Below are positions 37,598-49,649 of a stretch of DNA of 64,000 nucleotides, one piece after another (the first letter of the stretch is position 1; each line of letters starts with the position of its first letter). The stretch is taken from assembly GCF_018350175.1 (NCBI RefSeq), contig NC_058368.1, positions 174,098,001-174,162,000 on the forward strand, read 5' to 3'. Made by a program: the position numbers and the translations under genes. Source of the DNA: Felis catus (taxonomy: Eukaryota). The notes below the pieces were generated by a model. That model did no database searches. It had not been told where the DNA came from and worked only from the letters and a program-made list of their open reading frames with translations.

Positions 37598-38039
37598 AGG
37601 TGCTAGAGGGCTACAAATCTTATCTTATTGACTCTTGGGGACCAGGTCTTCTTAGCCCTGGGGTCACAGATGGGGCAGATGAGGCTTGAGAGGCACTGAG
37701 CCTCACTCAGGGTCCCAGAGCATACAAGGGGTGAGTTTGAACTTAGGTCCACTTGGGGGTACGTGGCTCCAGGGCTGCCTGCCAAGCGACACCTCCTGGC
37801 TGTGGGTCCCCGCTTGGGTTTCTGTCTCCACAGCCAGGATGGAGTGTGGTCTCTGAGGCGCCTACTAAGGACTGTTTCTTACTTTCAGTTTGTCATGAGC
37901 TGTCCCATTCTGGATGCTGGCTTCCGGTGGGAACAGGGCCCTGGCCCAGGAAGAGTTCCTGCAGTTGAGCGAACATCTCTGGGTCAGGATTAGATCCTGC
38001 ACGTGTCTGATTCACCCCATTTGTCTTACCCCCGAACTG

Positions 38040-38235
38040 GCTCTTTTAGAATCCTGTCCTCGTTTAAACATTTTAATATTTTCTTCATTATGGATTCTTT
38101 GGCTCCAATTTTGTTTATAAAAAAATACCGCACAACATGTTATTTATCTTGACGGCTGCATTTTTTGGCACGCTTCTACATTTTGCACCTGAGGCAGGTG
38201 CCTCTCTCCCTCGCCTCACCCCCCAGTCCAGCGGC
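38040..38235 (-). mobile_element. hAT-type MITE (MER96B-like)
   Basis: ttatttatcttga...ttttttggcacgc...ttttgcacctgaggcaggtgcct...cgcctcaccc resembles the reverse complement of the MER96B consensus as I recall it. Confidence 0.55.
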
Positions 38236-40099
38236 CTTATGTCTTCTCCCTCCTCTCGCTGTCTCATAGCATTAGGGATGCCGCCTGCAAGGCACGGGGC
38301 GGTGCCCACCCAGCAGCCAGCCAGCCGACCGATGCATTTATTTCCCAGCAGGGCAACCCATCACTTTTTTGCCTTTTGGCTGACCTGCTCTAGAGATGGC
38401 AGCAGGAACCGTAGGCCTAAAGGGGGTCCAGGTGGTCACTTTGTTGTGGGCTTTGCCCCAGCAGGCCCCGTACCGGTGATGAGACGGGGAGAAGACTCTT
38501 AACTACGATTTAGATGATGCCACCCCTCTGCTTCACCCAGTCGTCAAGGCCCTGCCTGCTCTGGCCCCGGTCAACCTCTCTGCCCTTATCTCTACCACCC
38601 TCTCCCTCGCTGGCTCGACTTCGTCACGCACCTTTGTCAAGCTTCTTCCTACGTCAGGACCTTTGCACTCGTCCATAGCCAGCTGCTTCTCCTTGTCCAG
38701 ATGTCAGCTTTGATGCCTGTTCCTTCAAGCCCTGCCTGCCTTATGTAAACAGCCCCAACAGCCCCTGCCTCCTTGACACACCCCTCTCTTATTTCCTTCC
38801 TAGCGCTTGTATAACTTGGTGAAATGATTTTATTGTTGACTTGCTTCTTTTCTGTCTCTCGAATAGAACGTGAGCTCAGGGACAGCCTGGACCTTGTCTT
38901 GTCTGTCTTATTCTTCATTGTCTTTCCAGCTCCTCCAACAGCTACTGGCCCATCACAGGTGCTCAGTGAGTATTGAGGAACTGGTGAGCCATACCCTGGG
39001 CTTCAGTTTCCACATTTGTGAAATGGGATTACAACCTGAACCCCACATGGTCAGAATCAAAAACAAAATGACCCAGTGGGGCCAGCGGTATTATCCCCAT
39101 TGTTTAGATGATGAACTTGAAGCTCAGAGGAATGATGGGACTTGCCCAAAGTCACCGGCAGGATGTGCTGGGGCTGGGGCTGTCTCCAGGATGCGCCGGG
39201 CCCCACGCCCTGCCTGGAGCAGGCAGGCATTCAGGAATGGATAGCTGCATCCGAGTTCCTCTGAGTGTCCCGCCATCTGCTGCTTGAACTGCAAGACCCT
39301 CCTTGCCCGCCAGGCTGTCACAGCTTCGTGACGAGTCAGAGACAGGAATTCTAATGGCTGTTTTCTGGTGGAACACAAAGGCCCGCCTCTTGCAAATGTA
39401 GAGATGCATCTTCTCCGCAGTGGCAATTACCACCCTGGATGTCTGGGGAACACTTTTCATCTTCCAGGCACTTCACCAAGGTTAACTTCTGAACCTATGC
39501 AGCAATGCTCGTTGTAGCTTGAGTAGGTGTCCGGGGCAGCGTGGGCGGCAGTGTCTTCGGTCACAGGAGGACCTGGGGTTCAGAGGGCTGGAGGCCCCCA
39601 GGTCAACATCTCTAGGAGTTTGGTCTGTTTTCTCGAGAGCAGCTTCTCCACGGTCCAAAACGCATTGACCTTCTTGGGAATCCAAGGCTTCTGACTTTCC
39701 CTGCGTGATTTGATTTAGTCGTGTGCTCCACAAACACTTACTGTGAGTTACCGAGGCCTCCTTCTAACCCTGAGAATGAAACGGGGGAACAAAATACGGA
39801 CTGTCCTTCCCTTGCTATGAGACTGAATCAGTCAGGGAGACCGAGGACAGCGTCCCTCCTATAACTGGCTGTGTGACTGTGGATAGGTCCCTTTCCCTCT
39901 CAAGGCCTTTGGGCTTTAGCTTATTCTCCTCCCCACGATCCCCTGCTTAAAGTCCTTTAATGGCTCCTTGTTGCATACAGAGAAGGTGAGCATGCCTGGC
40001 CTGGTCTTCAAGGTCCCTCAGAGCTGGGCTCCTACTCGACCTTTTTCCACCAGAGGCTCCTGCTCTCGGACGTGCTCCATTTTTATTTATTCATATGTC

Positions 40100-40315
40100 A
40101 CTTTCTAGGTGCTTTCCAGGCACTAAGTGCTTCCCAAAATTTAACTTGGCTAACCCTCACAGAAATCCCTTGAAATTAGTATTGTGATTCTCATCGTCTC
40201 CATTTTCAAGATGAGGACATCGAGACGCAGAGTAGTAAGTAACTTGTGGAAGTCCACACAGCTACGGAATGGCAGGGTTGGGATTTGAACCCGGACAGTC
40301 CGGCTCCCATTTCAG
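40100..40315 (-). mobile_element. MIR SINE, well preserved
   Basis: ctccattttcaagatgaggacatcgagacgcagag...taacttg...ggatttgaacccggacagtccggctcc. Confidence 0.85.
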
Positions 40316-40639
40316 GCACTCTGTTGCTGGTAAGTTGCCTTTCTCTGTCCTGGGCACCAGCCCTACCCTCTCCTTTTCTAAGTGCAATCCAACAGCCATG
40401 GCCCACTTCCACAAACCCCTGCCCAGTGCCTCCCAGACTGAATGAGTTCTTCTTGGCTCTGTGTTCCCATAATGCCTTGCACATCCCTCCCCATGGCTGC
40501 CCTTCCCGCAGGGTTCTGCATTCTGGTTCATGTCCTGTCTCCTCTGCTGGATGCTGAGCATCTCAAGGGGTGAAGCTGTGTCTCACCTTCTCTGCCTGCT
40601 TGATGCCCAGCCCAGCATACTCGTATCACCCATTCCTCA

Positions 40640-41140
40640 ATGCAGTAACCAGAGGCATCTTTTTAAAGCAAAAGCAGTTTTTATCACGCTCCTGCTTAAA
40701 ATCATCCAGTGATAATCCACTGAATTTAGAATAAAATCCCAAATCCTGACCGTGGCTTAGAAGACTCTGCATGATGGACTGGTCCCTGCCCCCTCTCCAC
40801 CCTCATCTACACGGCCCTCTGCCTGTCCCCAAAGAGTCCAGGCTCACATTTAGGGCCTCTTCCAGAGCTATTTCCTGAGCCTGGAATGTTTGGCCCCATA
40901 TCCTCACGTGATTGACTTCTTATTATTTGGGCCTTAGTTTTATGTTGCCATTTCAGACAGACCTTCCCTATCTGTCCTTCTGTATGCTTAAAAGTCTTCA
41001 CACTTACTTTTTAACTGTTATTAATGACTGTGTCTACTGCAAGTTTATAAGCCCCATGGAAGCAGGGATCTGAGATGTCTTGTTCAGTACCTGTAACCAT
41101 ACCTGACACAGAATAGCCACTCAAAGAGTAAATGTTGGAG
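40640..41140 (+). mobile_element. LINE L2 3' region
   Basis: ctcctgcttaaaatcatccagtg...agaataaaatcccaaatcctgacc...gcctggaatg...taagccccatggaagcaggga. Confidence 0.8.
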
Positions 41141-41192
41141 GAAGTATAAATGCTTATCTGTTGAAATTCACCTAGGCCCAGATAATACAATA

Positions 41193-41398
41193 CAGGTTTC
41201 CCCTGCTATTTGAAAGTGGAGCATTCTTATGAAACCTTTTTAAAACCCAAATGGTGTAAAGCAAAGAAGCAATTATCTTTCTGTAAAAGTGAAATCCTTT
41301 TCAAATTTCTTTTGGCTAGTGAAAACAGGTACTAACATAGGTCTTCCATAAAAGTGATATGACATAAAGTGAACTTTCAGATAGTGTGGAAAAACCTG
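41193..41398. mobile_element. TcMar/Tigger-type MITE with TIRs and TA target duplication
   Basis: TA|caggtttcccctgctatttgaaagt ... actttcagatagtgtggaaaaacctg|TA: ~25-bp imperfect TIRs plus internal subterminal symmetry. Confidence 0.85.
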
Positions 41399-41401
41399 TA
41401 T

Positions 41402-41565
41402 TAATATAATAATATAATATAATATAATGCAATATAATATAATGCAATATATAATATGATATGATATGATATGATATAATATAATATAATATAATATAAT
41501 ATATAATATAATATAATATAATATAATATAATATAATATAATATAATATAATATAACATAATATA
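41402..41565. repeat. (ATATA)n/(ATATG)n AT-rich microsatellite
   Basis: Directly visible. Confidence 0.97.
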
Positions 41566-42944
41566 TCTGAACTGGTCTCACCTCAGGCTAAAAGCTGGGA
41601 TAATTTCATAAGCTGAAATTCACTATCTTTATCACCTTGCCTGCAATCATACTCCCAGACATAAGGCAATTTTATTGACCATTCTCTGCTGACTTCCCTT
41701 CACGAGGGATGCTTAGAACTCCTTACATGTGCCTTAATTGTCCACCTAAGACTCAGGGAAACTTGTGAGATACTGCCTTCCCCATTTTGCAGGCAGGGAC
41801 ATCCCTGAAAAGCAAAATGCTGACTTGTGAAGTGCCCAGAGCCTGATAGGAGCACACATACCCGTCACATCCATCACATTTCATCAGTAACAGGAGAGAC
41901 TTCATGCTCCAGAAAGGCACAAGAATTCTGCGTCCTGCCAGGACTTGGGCCAAACACTGCTCATATCTCAGAGAAATGGCGGTCTGTCGCTAAGAGGAAT
42001 GTGCAGCCCAGTTGGGGGCAAATGGAAAAGAGAGACTTCATATTCATCTGGTTAAGACAGGCAGGATGAGCAAAAATGCAGAAATAAGGTTTGGGTGTCT
42101 GACTGCAGAAATGTGTTAATGAGAACCAAGGGGAGAGACAGGAGATGCACGCAGTGGCCAGAATATAGGTACCACCATTGTAGACTTTCTGTGAAAGGAT
42201 ATGGAAGGGCAATGAGTCAAGGTATCTCAAAGACCAACTGCCACACATTGTCATCCTCTTGAGAACCAGGAAGGACATTTCTTGCCCCACTTTCCCTCCT
42301 CCTTCCAGCCTCTTTGAGCTCTGGAAGGAAATGGCATCCCAGTTTTAGGGGCTGAGAAACTCTAAGACCTAATCTTCTAGGCAGAATGGTGAACTGACAA
42401 AAACTCTGGATTATGAGTTCAAAGGTCTTGGCTGTGGTCTCAGCACTGTGGAGCTTTGGGCAAACTCCTTCCTATCTCTGACCCTTGTCTTCCTCATCTG
42501 TAAAAAGTGGCTGTTGGGTTTGATGATTTCCAAATCCAGGATTTCCATGACTTCAAGCCTTCTGTCCTTATAAGCTTATAGTTCAGATTACTTTGAAAGA
42601 GAAGCTCTCACTTTTGTCTTTTCCTTTATGGGCTCAATTTGTCTTTTGACTATTGTCTTGCAAACAGTACTGGCCTCTAGCCACAGTGTAGGCAGTGGAG
42701 ATAAACAATTCTGGCTTCGTAAAATCTGTTGAGGGCTGATGTACCCTCCATTTTTTTTCTGAAATAGTTTCTCTAATGCACATGGCTTATCATCTTAGGG
42801 TGGATCTCTCGCAACACTTTCTGCTAAGGACAGGAATGTTCAGAACAGATTGAGGAATGAAAGTCAGAGTTTGAGGTAGAGACTTCTAAGGTAGAACAAC
42901 ATTTGAATGGCAGGTTGTTGTTGTTGATGTTAAAATCCTTCTGC

Positions 42945-42994
42945 ACTAAGTGATATGATGTCTTGGGTTTGCTTCAAGATATGTCTCTCTCTCC

Positions 42995-43045
<51 letters not shown>

Positions 43046-43170
43046 TGTGATGAGAGTGGGTGTGGGTAAAGATGAAACAAAATTGGCCAACCGTTGAAGC
43101 TGGATGACGGGTATGTGGGGGTTTATTATACTATTCTTTCTATTTTTTAAAATATCATTGAAATATTTCA
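42945..43170 (+). mobile_element. Old L1ME-type 3' UTR fragment containing a (TG)n microsatellite (about 42997-43042)
   Basis: gatatgatgtcttgggtttgcttcaa...tgaagctggatgacgggtatgtgggggtttattatactattct. Confidence 0.75.
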
Positions 43171-44129
43171 TCACAGAAGAAGGCCCTTTGGAGGCTGGCT
43201 TCAGCTTTTCTCTCTACTCTCATTTCACACTCCCCATCTTAAGGACTTTCTGGCGCAGTGACATCACCCTGGTGGCTCTGATCTCACACCTCTTGGCCTT
43301 TACACACAGTTGCAAGTGTCTGAGGTACCTTTCCTCTCCTTTCCCCACAGCTCATCACTCCTGCCTCTGAGATCCTATATAGCCTTGTGTACTCACCTTA
43401 GTATAGCACTTATCACATCATATTGCAACTGTTTTCTGCTTCCTTTGCTGCTCTGTGTCCTCCTCAGGACACGTCTCTGTCTCCCCAGTGCACAGCCAGT
43501 GCACAGAAGAGGTCTTCAGCACATGTTTACAGAGGGAATAGTAGCAGAAAGGATAGCTCATTTTTTGAGTACTTATTATGTGCCAGGCACTTCCCTAAGC
43601 TTATTATATAGGTATTTCATTAAATCCTCACCACAAGTGGGTACTATTAACCTGTCTTATCAGAAGGTCACTCTCCCAAGGTCACATGCTAGTAAGTGAC
43701 AGAGCTGAGATTTGGACTCAGAATGGAAACAACTCTGCTCTTCTCCTGGTATCTGGGGTTTTAAAACACTTCCCCATGAATGTTATACAACAGGCCCAGG
43801 ATTTTGGGAGCTCGGGCTTTAGGCCCAATTCTACTTAATTGCTAAGTGACCTTGGGCAAATCACCTCTGCCCCCTATACGGGGACTCCCGGGTCTCTGGT
43901 TGAGACTACCCGGGATTGAGAGGGTCACGTGAGGCAAGGGCCCTCCCAGCTTCAGCTCACAGAGAAAAGGTTTCCTCTTCCACATTTGGTTTTCTCCCGC
44001 TGAACTGGCTTCTCTGTTTGGGAACCTCCCAGCTTCTCATGTTCCTTCAACCTCTTTTCTTACTACCTGCAGCCTCCCAGAGCCAAGCCTAGTTCACAAC
44101 CTGCTGCTTCTGGGGTCTCTCCCTTCCCC

Positions 44130-45390
44130 CATTCGTTCCTCTCCGGCATCACTCCGGAGGTGGGGAGCGGAGTAGCTGCCCAGTTCGTGAGGCTTCCCCG
44201 CGGTTTCTCGGCCCCCTCCCCCCACGGAAACTCAGCCTCACACTTTCTAGGGATGTTCCGGGGACAGCCTGAGTCAGTGATTGCAGCTGTCAGCCTCGGG
44301 TATCTGTGTTAGGCTCTCTGAAGGAAGTCCATGGTCCTGAGTTAGGGTGGAAGTGGGGGTCTGGAGGGAAGAAGGGGCAGCGCACTCCTCCCTTCTAGCC
44401 TAGGCCCAGCCGCCCCACTGGAGTCCTGGACCCTTCTGTGCCTGTCTCTCCTTCCACCCTCTTTCCGACTTCCAACTGGGACCCGCCATTGCACGGCCAG
44501 GCCTTGGTGAACTGCAGACCCAAGCCAGAGACGCGCGATTGTGACTGAGCTCCCCTCCCCAGCTCGCCCCAGACACTGCTCTGTGGAAGCCGAAATCCCG
44601 ATCGATGCAACCACCCACCCGCAAGGAACGCGGGAGGCCCCAGCCCCTCGGCTTTGTTCGCGGCTCGCCAGGAAGCAGGCGGCCGGTAAGAGCTGTCTGC
44701 CACCGCGGTGTTGACGCGGGGAGCGGAGTCCACGGGGACGAGGGACTGTCCTCGGAGGCCGTGGCACTGAACCCGGACCCAACGAGGAGAGGAGCCGGCG
44801 GATGGCCGTTGTAGGCAGGTGCAGTGCTGACCTGAGGAGAGGACCCAGCTGGGCGAGGGGAGCTGTCCCCGAGGTGGTGCTGAAGCGAGAAGGGGCCCGT
44901 GGCTCCCTCCGCCTCTCCCCGGAAGAGCCGGTGGCGGCTGAGAGCTACCGGGAGAAGGAAAGAGGACCGGAGGAAGCCACCCTCAGGGAGCTCGCCGGCG
45001 CGGGGCCTATGGCTAGGGTCTCTCCGGCGAACCTGCTCCAGCGGAGGAGGTGGCGGCTCAGCAGCAGAGAGCGAGCGTGCGTTCTACGAACCTGTTGGAG
45101 GCTGCAGCTCCTCCGCGGCCGACCAGGGCGCCCGGGACCGAGATTCTGGCGCGCGTCTCCTTCCCCCTTCCTGCACTCCTCCGCGGAGGCGCTCCCTCCT
45201 GCCTGGGCTAGCACATGTGCACACCGGGGGCGCCCAGCCCCTCTTCGGTCCGCCCCGAGTGTCAGCCGAGCTGCCGGGCACAAAGCCGAGAGGCCTCCCC
45301 CAAGGGCAGACCCGCTCCCAGGGAGACCCAAGCTTCCTGAGATAGGAGGCGGGGGCTGGCGATGGGGACCAGAGAGGGCGCCAGCAGTGA
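44130..45390. promoter_or_regulatory. CpG island / candidate promoter
   Basis: Repeat-free, high-GC, CpG-dense block that stands out from the CpG-depleted flanks. GC boxes at about 44410, 45250 and 45345; E-box GTCACGTGA at 43924-43932; donor CCG|GTAAGA at 44685/44686. Confidence 0.85.
44859..44884 (-). promoter_or_regulatory. Candidate non-canonical REST/NRSF (RE1) site with 7-bp spacer
   Basis: Minus strand reads TTCAGCACC-ACCTCGG-GGACAGCTCC. Both RE1 half-sites are essentially consensus and in the correct order and orientation. Confidence 0.55.
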
Positions 45391-47206
45391 AATCAAGAGG
45401 GAGACATGGGGGGAGCTCTCCATAGAGTCAGTTCTGCCCTGAAGTTTGGGAACATAGGGTTCTGTCACTTAGAGAACAAAGGGCTTCCTGCCTTGGAAGT
45501 CTCTCTTCCCTGCCCCCCTTTTCTGTGACCAGTTAACCAAAGGCAGGTTTTGTACTTGCTCTGTTGAAGTACCTGTAGTACCATGTCCTAGAGAGGGCTT
45601 TCCAAGCCTTCCATATGTACAGTGCATTCATAAAAAATACAAACTCTTTGGTGTGGTACTGAAGGTCCTTCACCAGGAAGACCCAGGCTGCCTTTCCAGC
45701 TGTTTCCAAAAGGACAGAAAATCACTTATTCTGAACAGGTTCACCCCAGTGCCTTATCATCTGCTGCTCCCTGGGGCTGGAACATTTTCCCCCTTACTAC
45801 TTACACTTTATTTGTAAGTTAAAGTGTCCTCATTCTCAGTGAGAACTTCCCTGATTCCTAAGGCACAGTCACTCCCTCCTTAATCTCCCTCAGCCTTTAC
45901 ATCTCTCTAGGAGACTTCTTATCATATTGTATTTAAATTACTTAGGCATTTATATTCTCAGTTACCAGGCTCATAAAAACTGGTTCCATATTTTATTTTT
46001 CTTTGTATCTCCAGCTCCTAGCACAATGACTGACATACAAGAGATGTTGAATTGTGTCTGCTGAATGTATGCACACGTGAGAAGCAGAGGTCAAAGTAAC
46101 TTCCTTTCCTTCAGTGTTCATTTGATTTCTCCCAATCTCATCTCTCTCTCCCTCTCCCCACTCCCATGTCTCTCTTAATCACAGCCTGTAAAACCTCACG
46201 TGGGGGCATCTCTGTCTAACCCTCCTGCCTCATCACTACCAGCACTCTCCTGACTTAGTAATTCCATCTGCGTAACCACCATTTTGTACCAAGTTGCTTA
46301 ATTTTTTTCCCCCCTGTTTCTCTACTTAGGACTCTTTTAACCTTGGTCTTTACATGGCTAAATCCTTCTTGTCTCTTGGATTTTGGCTCAAATGTCAGCT
46401 CCTGAAAAGACCTTTGGCCACCCTATATAATATTTGCTCCCCCAATTACTCTGTAACATTATCTACTTCTTTTTGCTTAGTAATTACTATTCTCTGAAAT
46501 GGTTTTATTTATGGATTTATTTGTTTATCATTTGCTTTCCCTCAACTAGAATTAAAACTCTACTGGGGCAAGGATCATGTCTGTCTTGCTTGCTGCAGTA
46601 TTCTCAGTGGCTGGTATCCTGAGAGGAGCCTACCTCACACCAGGGCATCTATAGTCCCTCTCTCCCTGGAAAGGCTGGAGCTATTACGCAGGTCATTGTG
46701 GGATTTACTATTAGGTATACACCAAGTAAGAATATTTGAGGAAAAAGGGTCACACTGATATTCTATGGGATGAAAAAGAAGAGGAAATGGAGGGCCACAG
46801 GTACGTGACTGTGACATGACAGCCCCTTCTCACCCTGGATGGCATGGCCATAACGACAACTCACTTCACAACACGCAAAACACTTTCACATCCATAATCT
46901 CATTTGGTATTCACTGAAAACCTCTGAGGCCAAAAGAGGCAGGCCGACTTGACCAAGATCACACAGCTTGCAAGTGGTGATGCTATTCTCAGAACTGTGC
47001 TACGTGCTGGATATCTAGAACTAAGACATGCCTCCTGCCCTCCAGGGCTCACATTAGTGAGAGACACAGGTGCATAAACAATGGATTATAGTACAATTTG
47101 ATGAATACTCAGCAATGATTCTCAACCTGGAGATGGGTAGGGTGGGGAAGAAATGGATAGGCTGCCAGGGTCAGAATAAACCAAAATTCTTTCAATAACC
47201 ATTACT

Positions 47207-47407
47207 GGGGCGCCTGGGTGGCGCAGTTGGTTAAGCGTCCGACTTCAGCCAGGTCATGATCTCGCGGTCCGTGAGTTCGAGCCCCGCGTCAGGCTCTGGG
47301 CTGATGGCTCAGAGCCTGGAGCCTGCTTCCGATTCTGTGTCTCCCTCTCTCTCTGCCCCTCCCCCATTCATGCTCTGTCTCTCTCTGTCTCAAAAATAAA
47401 ATAAATG
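47207..47407 (+). mobile_element. Young felid SINEC_Fc
   Basis: Diagnostic ggtggcgcagt..., cgacttcagccaggtc, ctgggctgatggctcagag; TSD tcaataaccattac (47192-47205 / 47408-47421). Confidence 0.97.
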
Positions 47408-48346
47408 TCAATAACCATTACAATTTGTACACTTCCCAGGTGTCAGGTGCTGTACTAAGTGTTTACACACTTTGTCTTGACTGATCATTCCTTCCTATTT
47501 CTATTCCCACTTTGTGGAGTTAACAGAACCTTGAGAAGGTTAAGCAACCTGGGCAAGGTCATGAGGCTGGTAAACAGCTAAGCTTGGGCTTAATCTGAGT
47601 TTGTTTGACTTGAACCCTGAATTCTTAGCCATTAATGCACCCCAGACATACTGAATCCAGATGGCTGGTGAGCAGGGTTGGCACAAGATTTGAAGGTGAT
47701 TCTTAGGTCATTCTGTTGTATCTTAACCTCTACTGAGAAACAACCATACGGAGAGTGCTGCAAAAAGGAGAAGAGGGAGAGATGAACCCGCATGGAGGGA
47801 GGAGTTGCAAGAGGTTGGAACTGGATCTTGAAGGATTAAGTGGGAGTTTGTAGGCAGACAGCAGGTGAAGAGTATTTCAGACAGAAAAAAATGGAAAATT
47901 CAAGGGCCTCGGGGTGTGGAAATAAAGGGACTCTCAGTGGTTTGGTGAGTATGGAGTATGAGACTGCGATAAGGGATGGGGGCTAGGAAATGAGGCTGGA
48001 ATCCAGTTTGGACTTGGCTTATGCCTTTATCCTACAGGCAGCAGACAGCCACGTTGAAAGGCAAGAGCTCTGTTTTAACAGCTGCTATCATTACCTTGAT
48101 TATCCTACAGTAGCAACACTGGACCAGTGCTTTACAATTTGTAAAGTGCTTTCTAGTAACAGAAATATCACTCTGGAGTGATGTGGACCTGAAGCTCCAT
48201 GAGGGCATCATACCTATGGGTTTGTTCTTATTGTTCCCTAGCACCCAGCAATGACCACGGATGTAGGTGCTAAGGAAGCATTTGTGGAAGAGGAAGAAGT
48301 TGGAGGAGTTCAGTTTAGAGGCTGCTGCAATAATTCAAATAAGAGA

Positions 48347-48528
48347 GGGGCACCTGGGTAGCTCATTGGTTGAGCGTTCTAGTCTTGATTTTGGTTCAGG
48401 TCATGGTTCATGGGTTCGAGTCCCACGTTGGGCTCTGCGTTGGCACTGCAACGCCTTCTTGGGATTCTGTCTCTCCCGTTCTCTCTCTGCCCCTTCTGCA
48501 CTCTCTCAAAAAAAGAACAACTAAAAAA
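48347..48528 (+). mobile_element. Older Can-SINE
   Basis: Diverged head; TSD aataattcaaataagagag. Confidence 0.92.
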
Positions 48529-49649
48529 AATAATTCAAATAAGAGAGAAGTGGTGAGAAGTATAACTTAATCCAAGAGTGCAGAATTCTTTGACTACTGA
48601 CTCTGGAAAGTAAAACCTTATTGCCCTCTACCTTGGAGCACCTTGGGGAAGCTGGAATTTAGCCCTCCAAAATGGTTGCTAAATAATTGCAACAATTTTC
48701 TTCTCTAATGTAAAGAAAAGCGTATTGGCCCCCAGGTGGCCAACACCCATCCAAGCCAGGATTTCCTCTGTTGTATGCACTTTATGTCTTTTGGCTCTTG
48801 GAGTTTTGTCCCGATGGTCTCTATTATGTGGCAATAACATTATATGCCGTCATTTGTTTCAGTGTTTTAAGGGGCAATCACCATGCTAATGGAACTCAAT
48901 CTTGGCTCAAGAACTAGCTTCCACCTTCTGTTTCTCCACCCCTCTGGGAAGTCCACATGGACCCTGATATGGCTAACTTACAGATGGCTGACTTGCATTA
49001 GGCTCCGTTAAAGCTCTTGACATATATTAACCCTATGAGGAGGGTATGATTCTTATCCCCACTTTACAGATATAGAAAAGAGAAGAGACTTGCTGAAGGT
49101 TGCATGCTGACAGAGGCAGGTTTAAACCTTGGCTGTTTGACTTGAGTCTGCAGGCTCCAACACTATCTGACTGTCTCCTGGGTACAGTCTTCCCATTCTG
49201 TTTCCTCCTAGACCTGTGTAAGCCTGGATAAGTAATTTCATTTCTGAGAGCCTCAGCTTCCTTTTCTGTAAAATGGGGATAAAAAATAGGTACCAAGGAA
49301 GGTTGCTGGGTGACATAAATGAGGTAACATATGAAAGTATATCAATGGTGCTGATTCCTTTCCTGGTCTTCCTCATGTGGACGAGTGGTTCCACATCTGC
49401 CTAGCCCCTGGGGCCACAGTATAGAAGGGAGGCAGTATAGAATTCTTCCTTTCTCTCAGCATCCAATCCGTCAGCAAATCATTTAAGCTCTTCCACCAGA
49501 ATACATCCTAACTTAGTCTACTTCTCTCCCTCTCCACCACATTCCTCCCTTCCATGCCATCATGATCTCCTGCCTGGACTGCTGTTAAGTTTCTTAACTG
49601 GTCTCTCTGGTTTCATTCTTGCTTCTCCAAGTGATTTTTAACCTATATA

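Noticed and set aside
39124..39733. Chain of minus-strand ORFs in unique, moderately CpG-rich sequence (possible pseudogene)
   Set aside because: No frame gives a peptide I recognise, and there is no poly(A)/TSD or convincing splice signals; a BLASTx search would settle it.
44802..45425. 207-aa ORF, the longest in the window, plus overlapping ORFs
   Set aside because: Arg/Pro/Gly/Ala-rich with no recognisable domain; several frames on both strands are open, as expected from stop-codon scarcity in a CpG island.
47207..47290. tRNA-like A/B boxes here and in the other SINE heads
   Set aside because: They are the tRNA-derived heads of Can-SINEs, not tRNA genes.
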